DNA of 63,775 bases, counting the filler, from Octopus bimaculoides (taxonomy: Eukaryota), in NCBI RefSeq assembly GCF_001194135.2. It is 8 parts of 7 records of this genome, joined end to end, with 100 filler letters (N's around TTAATTAATTAA, not from the genome) between each part and the next. Parts side by side here need not be neighbours in the genome. Positions count along the whole stretch, not along the records: positions 46,673 to 61,381 come from NC_069005.1; positions 61,482 to 63,775 come from NC_068981.1; 6 more parts are not named here. One strand, 5' to 3'. Below the pieces are notes generated by a model. The model was given only the letters and a program-made list of their open reading frames with translations, was not told the origin of the DNA and did not search any database. This document shows, one piece after another, positions 59,546 through 63,775 of the stretch (position 1 is the stretch's first letter; each line of letters opens with the position of its first letter). A program made the position numbers and the translations under genes.

Positions 59546-60763
59546 ACGAGTCATTTGGGGGGAATACTTCCATGAAGCAAACCTGAGTAGTCTCCCTTAG
59601 AAATAAAGTAATTATGTATAAGAGTAATCTCCCCTGATTAAAGTCTGAAAAAGTTATTCGGTATTAAATAAAGGGTTGTCTCCCTTGTTAGTATCTGAAC
59701 AAGTGTGCCTTTTCACGTGCTTGGCTGTTGGTGAAAATGTGGCATATATTCCTGGATTGAGCAATTAACGATCTCAAACAAGCAATAGTAATGAATGAAG
59801 GATGCAAGCAAATGAAAAAAACTGAGAAAAAACTTCCCTATCTCCAATAATAATCACGGGAGAATTGCCACACGAGTCGGTAAAAAACGAAGTATGAAAA
59901 TTATTAAATGCAAAAAGGGCGTTACTTCTGTATGAAAAGTAATTCATTGATTTCTTACATTNNNNNNNNNNNNNNNNNNNNNNNNNNNNNNNNNNNNNNN
60001 NNNNNNNNNNNNNNNNNNNNNNNNNNNNNNNNNNNNNNNNNNNNNNNNNNNNNNNNNNNNNNNNNNNNNNNNNNNNNNNNNNNNNNNNNNNNNNNNNNNN
60101 NNNNNNNNNNNNNNNNNNNNNNNNNNNNNNNNNNNNNNNNNNNNNNNNNNNNNNNNNNNNNNNNNNNNNNNNNNNNNNNNNNNNNNNNNNNNNNNNNNNN
60201 NNNNNNNNNNNNNNNNNNNNNNNNNNNNNNNNNNNNNNNNNNNNNNNNNNNNNNNNNNNNNNNNNNNNNNNNNNNNNNNNNNNNNNNNNNNNNNNNNNNN
60301 NNNNNNNNNNNNNNNNNNNNNNNNNNNNNNNNNNNNNNNNNNNNNNNNNNNNNNNNNNNNNNNNNNNNNNNNNNNNNNNNNNNNNNNNNNNNNNNNNNNN
60401 NNNNNNNNNNNNNNNNNNNNNNNNNNNNNNNNNNNNNNNNNNNNNNNNNNNNNNNNNNNNNNNNNNNNNNNNNNNNNNNNNNNNNNNNNNNNNNNNNNNN
60501 NNNNNNNNNNNNNNNNNNNNNNNNNNNNNNNNNNNNNNNNNNNNNNNNNNNNNNNNNNNNNNNNNNNNNNNNNNNNNNNNNNNNNNNNNNNNNNNNNNNN
60601 NNNNNNNNNNNNNNNNNNNNNNNNNNNNNNNNNNNNNNNNNNNNNNNNNNNNNNNNNNNNNNNNNNNNNNNNNNNNNNNNNNNNNNNNNNNNNNNNNNNN
60701 NNNNNNNNNNNNNNNNNNNNNNNNNNNNNNNNNNNNNNNNNNNNNNNNNNNNNNNNNNNNNNN

Positions 60764-60841
60764 CAGTTGCGTACTGGGATCGATCTAATCGACTTACCCC
60801 CCTCCCATCAAATTTCAGGCCTTGTACCTATAGAAGAAAGG

Positions 60842-60894
<53 letters not shown>

Positions 60895-60960
60895 GGCGGC
60901 GAGTTGGCAAAATCGTTAGCACGCCGGGAGAAATGCTTAGCGATATTTCATGTCTTTCCG
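60764..60960 (+). mobile_element. SINE family B 3' end with an (ATT)n tail, followed by the head of another copy
   Basis: cagttgcgtactgggatcgatctaatcgac...aggccttgtacct...(att)n acggcggcgagttggcaaaatcgttagcacgccggg. Confidence 0.8.
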
Positions 60961-61189
60961 TGCTTGCATTTCAGGAAATTCCTGTTGGCCTATTGGAACC
61001 CACAAGGCAAGAGGTTCACTTACGATCGACAGCCAAAGGGAGACAATCCCCTGTTGTTGACATTGAGTAGCGAGGTCCTTCCCTCCTCCATTTTCTAGAG
61101 ACGCCACTCGTTATATATACTGCTCTATAACTTAATGTCCTTTTTTCGGATACACACATATGTATATATATATATATACATATATATTC

Positions 61190-61381
61190 GCCATGATAGA
61201 TCGCTAGCCACTATACCTTTTTCTATTTTCTCTCCCTGTTTATTTCTGTGTTCCTTTCTGTCGAAGAGCGTAGGCTCAAAACGTAAAAGACTTTCTCACC
61301 TCCCGAACGTTAAACTAACACATCTGTTTGTTGTTTACACACCGCTCTTCGTCTATTGTTTTCTTTTTTGTAAATTCTCAC
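61190..61381 (+). mobile_element. Hammerhead-bearing element, subfamily 2 (motif 61254-61289 with G12A)
   Basis: CTTT CTGTCGA A GAGC gtag GCTC AAAA CG TA AAAG; same 5' start as the 34215 copy. Confidence 0.78.
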
Positions 61382-62104
61382 NNNNNNNNNNNNNNNNNNN
61401 NNNNNNNNNNNNNNNNNNNNNNNNNTTAATTAATTAANNNNNNNNNNNNNNNNNNNNNNNNNNNNNNNNNNNNNNNNNNNNTATTAGTGATGGGGTGGGG
61501 GAAAGGTGGTGATGTTGCGGCGTTAGTGGTGGTCATCGTCGTCGTCGTCGTCGTAGCTGTGGTGAAGTAGGGGTATTAATAGTGTGGTGTTGGTGGTGGT
61601 GCTGGTGGTGGTGGTGGTGGTGTTATGATGAGGTGTTAATTGGTGGTAGTCGTCGTCATGGCCATGGTCGCGGCCGTTGTCGCAGCTGATGTGGTCGTGA
61701 CGGCAGCGCCGATAATGGCGACAGCAATGGTGAAACAAAGAAGCTGAAGAATGCAGAAGGTAGGAAGGAACAGGTAGGAGGGGAAAATGGGAGGGGTAAG
61801 GATGATGATGGAACTGATGATATCGAGGAGGAGGGGGGATGTTGATAATTACAGTGACGCCTACAAGGACGTTGGCGTTAGCAACCAGTGAGCAACAATT
61901 TTCTTATTACCGAATATGACGAATGGAGATTACGATAACATGTTGATCCTATTGAGGACGGGAATAGAAAAAGCATAAATACATGCTTTTTATTGTGTGC
62001 TTTATATGCGTAGGTGCCTTTGTTGATACATACAGAAATGTACACGTGTGTGTATATATTAGAACTTTTAAGCATGTTAGATGGAAACCGAAAGAGGCCC
62101 TTCG

Positions 62105-62136
<32 letters not shown>

Positions 62137-62949
62137 NNNNNNNNNNNNNNNNNNNNNNNNNNNNNNNNNNNNNNNNNNNNNNNNNNNNNNNNNNNNNNNN
62201 NNNNNNNNNNNNNNNNNNNNNNNNNNNNNNNNNNNNNNNNNNNNNNNNNNNNNNNNNNNNNNNNNNNNNNNNNNNNNNNNNNNNNNNNNNNNNNNNNNNN
62301 NNNNNNNNNNNNNNNNNNNNNNNNNNNNNNNNNNNNNNNNNNNNNNNNNNNNNNNNNNNNNNNNNNNNNNNNNNNNNNNNNNNNNNNNNNNNNNNNNNNN
62401 NNNNNNNNNNNNNNNNNNNNNNNNNNNNNNNNNNNNNNNNNNNNNNNNNNNNNNNNNNNNNNNNNNNNNNNNNNNNNNNNNNNNNNNNNNNNNNNNNNNN
62501 NNNNNNNNNNNNNNNNNNNNNNNNNNNNNNNNNNNNNNNNNNNNNNNNNNNNNNNNNNNNNNNNNNNNNNNNNNNNNNNNNNNNNNNNNNNNNNNNNNNN
62601 NNNNNNNNNNNNNNNNNNNNNNNNNNNNNNNNNNNNNNNNNNNNNNNNNNNNNNNNNNNNNNNNNNNNNNNNNNNNNNNNNNNNNNNNNNNNNNNNNNNN
62701 NNNNNNNNNNNNNNNNNNNNNNNNNNNAAGAGTCCATACAAATCAAAAATTATGGTTAAAAATGTAAATAAAGTTGGAAAAGGTACAAAAGTATATTTTA
62801 GAGAATGTATAATATTTCTGTTACAGTGAGTTATTCAAAATATAATCAACTTCGATGTAACTACTTTATTGAAAAAAATTGGTGGGGAAGTCAACGAGAA
62901 AAGAATTGGAGGTTAATAGTTTGTACCCATATTTTTAGTGCGAAGTGAA

Positions 62950-63290
62950 ATTTTACTTTTAGAGTCACACATATATATTTTGTCGATGTAGGTTTTGGAT
63001 GGGGGCTCAAGAGTCCAAGTTTTAGAATCTCTATTGAAAGAGAGTCTTTTGAATTGAATAGGTGGTTTGTATTTTTGGTGTGGTCTATGTATGATTACTG
63101 TATATATGTATATTATAGATTGTTTGGTATGTGTAGGTAATGCTAAATGCATATGTATTTGAGCGTGAAATATTTGTAAGCGGATATATCTTTTAATTTA
63201 TGAATATTTTTACAACTAATTATACCGTCATATGGTTTGAAAATACTGGATTGTTCTCGTCTGAGTTTCTGTCTTTCCTAGATCATTCAC
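62950..63290 (-). mobile_element. Possible ancient CR1/L2-group LINE 3' remnant
   Basis: Minus pieces KLRRE..DGIISCKNIHKLKDISAYKYFTL and KYKPP..RLSFNRDSKTWTLEP loosely follow the CR1 C-terminal LRR..YKI..FFTL..KL.KP..FSNR...W..LP pattern. Confidence 0.35.
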
Positions 63291-63775
63291 CCCGAAAAGA
63301 AGACGTGCACGAAGACAAGATTATAACTGCAAAACCCACATTTGTTTAGGCAATTTGAAAATGTGTAAATCCGAGATAGATAGAGCCAACTTAACAGCCT
63401 GTAAGTGGTATGGAGAAATATAGGACGCGAACACTGTTAAGCTGGTCTCTAGTTTACTTAATATTCTATGGAGCAATTAAGATTTTCCGAGTTTTATGCA
63501 CAAGGAATAGCTGCAAGGTACTAATCGTCAATAAGCATTCTGACTCTTATGAAGATGTAAAATGCCGTAAGACAAACATCTTGTCAGATTCTTTCCCACT
63601 TTGTCACTCAAAGAAAAGATAAAGACACTGCGTTGTAATCATTTCAATTTTTTTTTCTTTTGTGAAGCGAAAGAATGATATATACATAGCATGTGTCCAC
63701 ACACACAAATACATAGATACATACATATATGCATACATATATACAGACATACACACACACACACACACACACACA

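Noticed and set aside
909-63775. Most ORFs in the supplied track (poly-YI, CV, HT, X-rich, poly-M/I/L/V/T/G)
   Set aside because: They are translations of (TA)n, (TG)n, (TATG)n, trinucleotide microsatellites or N gaps, with no coding evidence.
1-63775. CRISPR arrays, rRNA genes, intact tRNA genes, prokaryotic operons
   Set aside because: None seen; the repeats are eukaryotic SINEs, MITEs and microsatellites without repeat-spacer periodicity.

Overview
Animal genomic DNA that is AT-rich, saturated with microsatellites and roughly a third N gaps. The repeat families and microsatellite spectrum look like an Octopus (bimaculoides-type) assembly; this is inference from recall, not a search result. 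No complete protein-coding gene can be supported, and almost all ORFs in the supplied track are microsatellite or N-gap artefacts. Supported content: (i) dozens of tRNA-derived SINE copies from at least 4 families; (ii) decayed retroelement pieces (two RLE/PD-(D/E)xK LINE 3' ends, RTE endonuclease and RT pieces, a Ty3/Gypsy pol remnant, a possible CR1-like tail); (iii) several MITEs (Kolobok-like with TTAA TSD, hAT, Tigger/pogo-like, mariner); (iv) two isolated candidate first exons, one at 524-601 (+) encoding a signal peptide and one M-D exon at 42647-42652 (-) next to a CpG-rich NRF1/EWG-like promoter. The most notable signal is a short element next to (TA)n tracts that carries a minimal type-I hammerhead ribozyme fold with variant cores (CUG[U/C]NGA, an extra A after A9, a conserved 4-bp stem II, a palindromic ACGU stem III). 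There are 6 copies in 3 subfamilies, three of them essentially identical, consistent with a recently mobile Penelope-like or non-autonomous retroelement. Two further (TA)n-tailed families carry partial or permuted hammerhead-like motifs. Seven 100-bp 44N-TTAATTAATTAA-44N linkers suggest the window is a concatenation of separate scaffolds, so features should not be joined across them.
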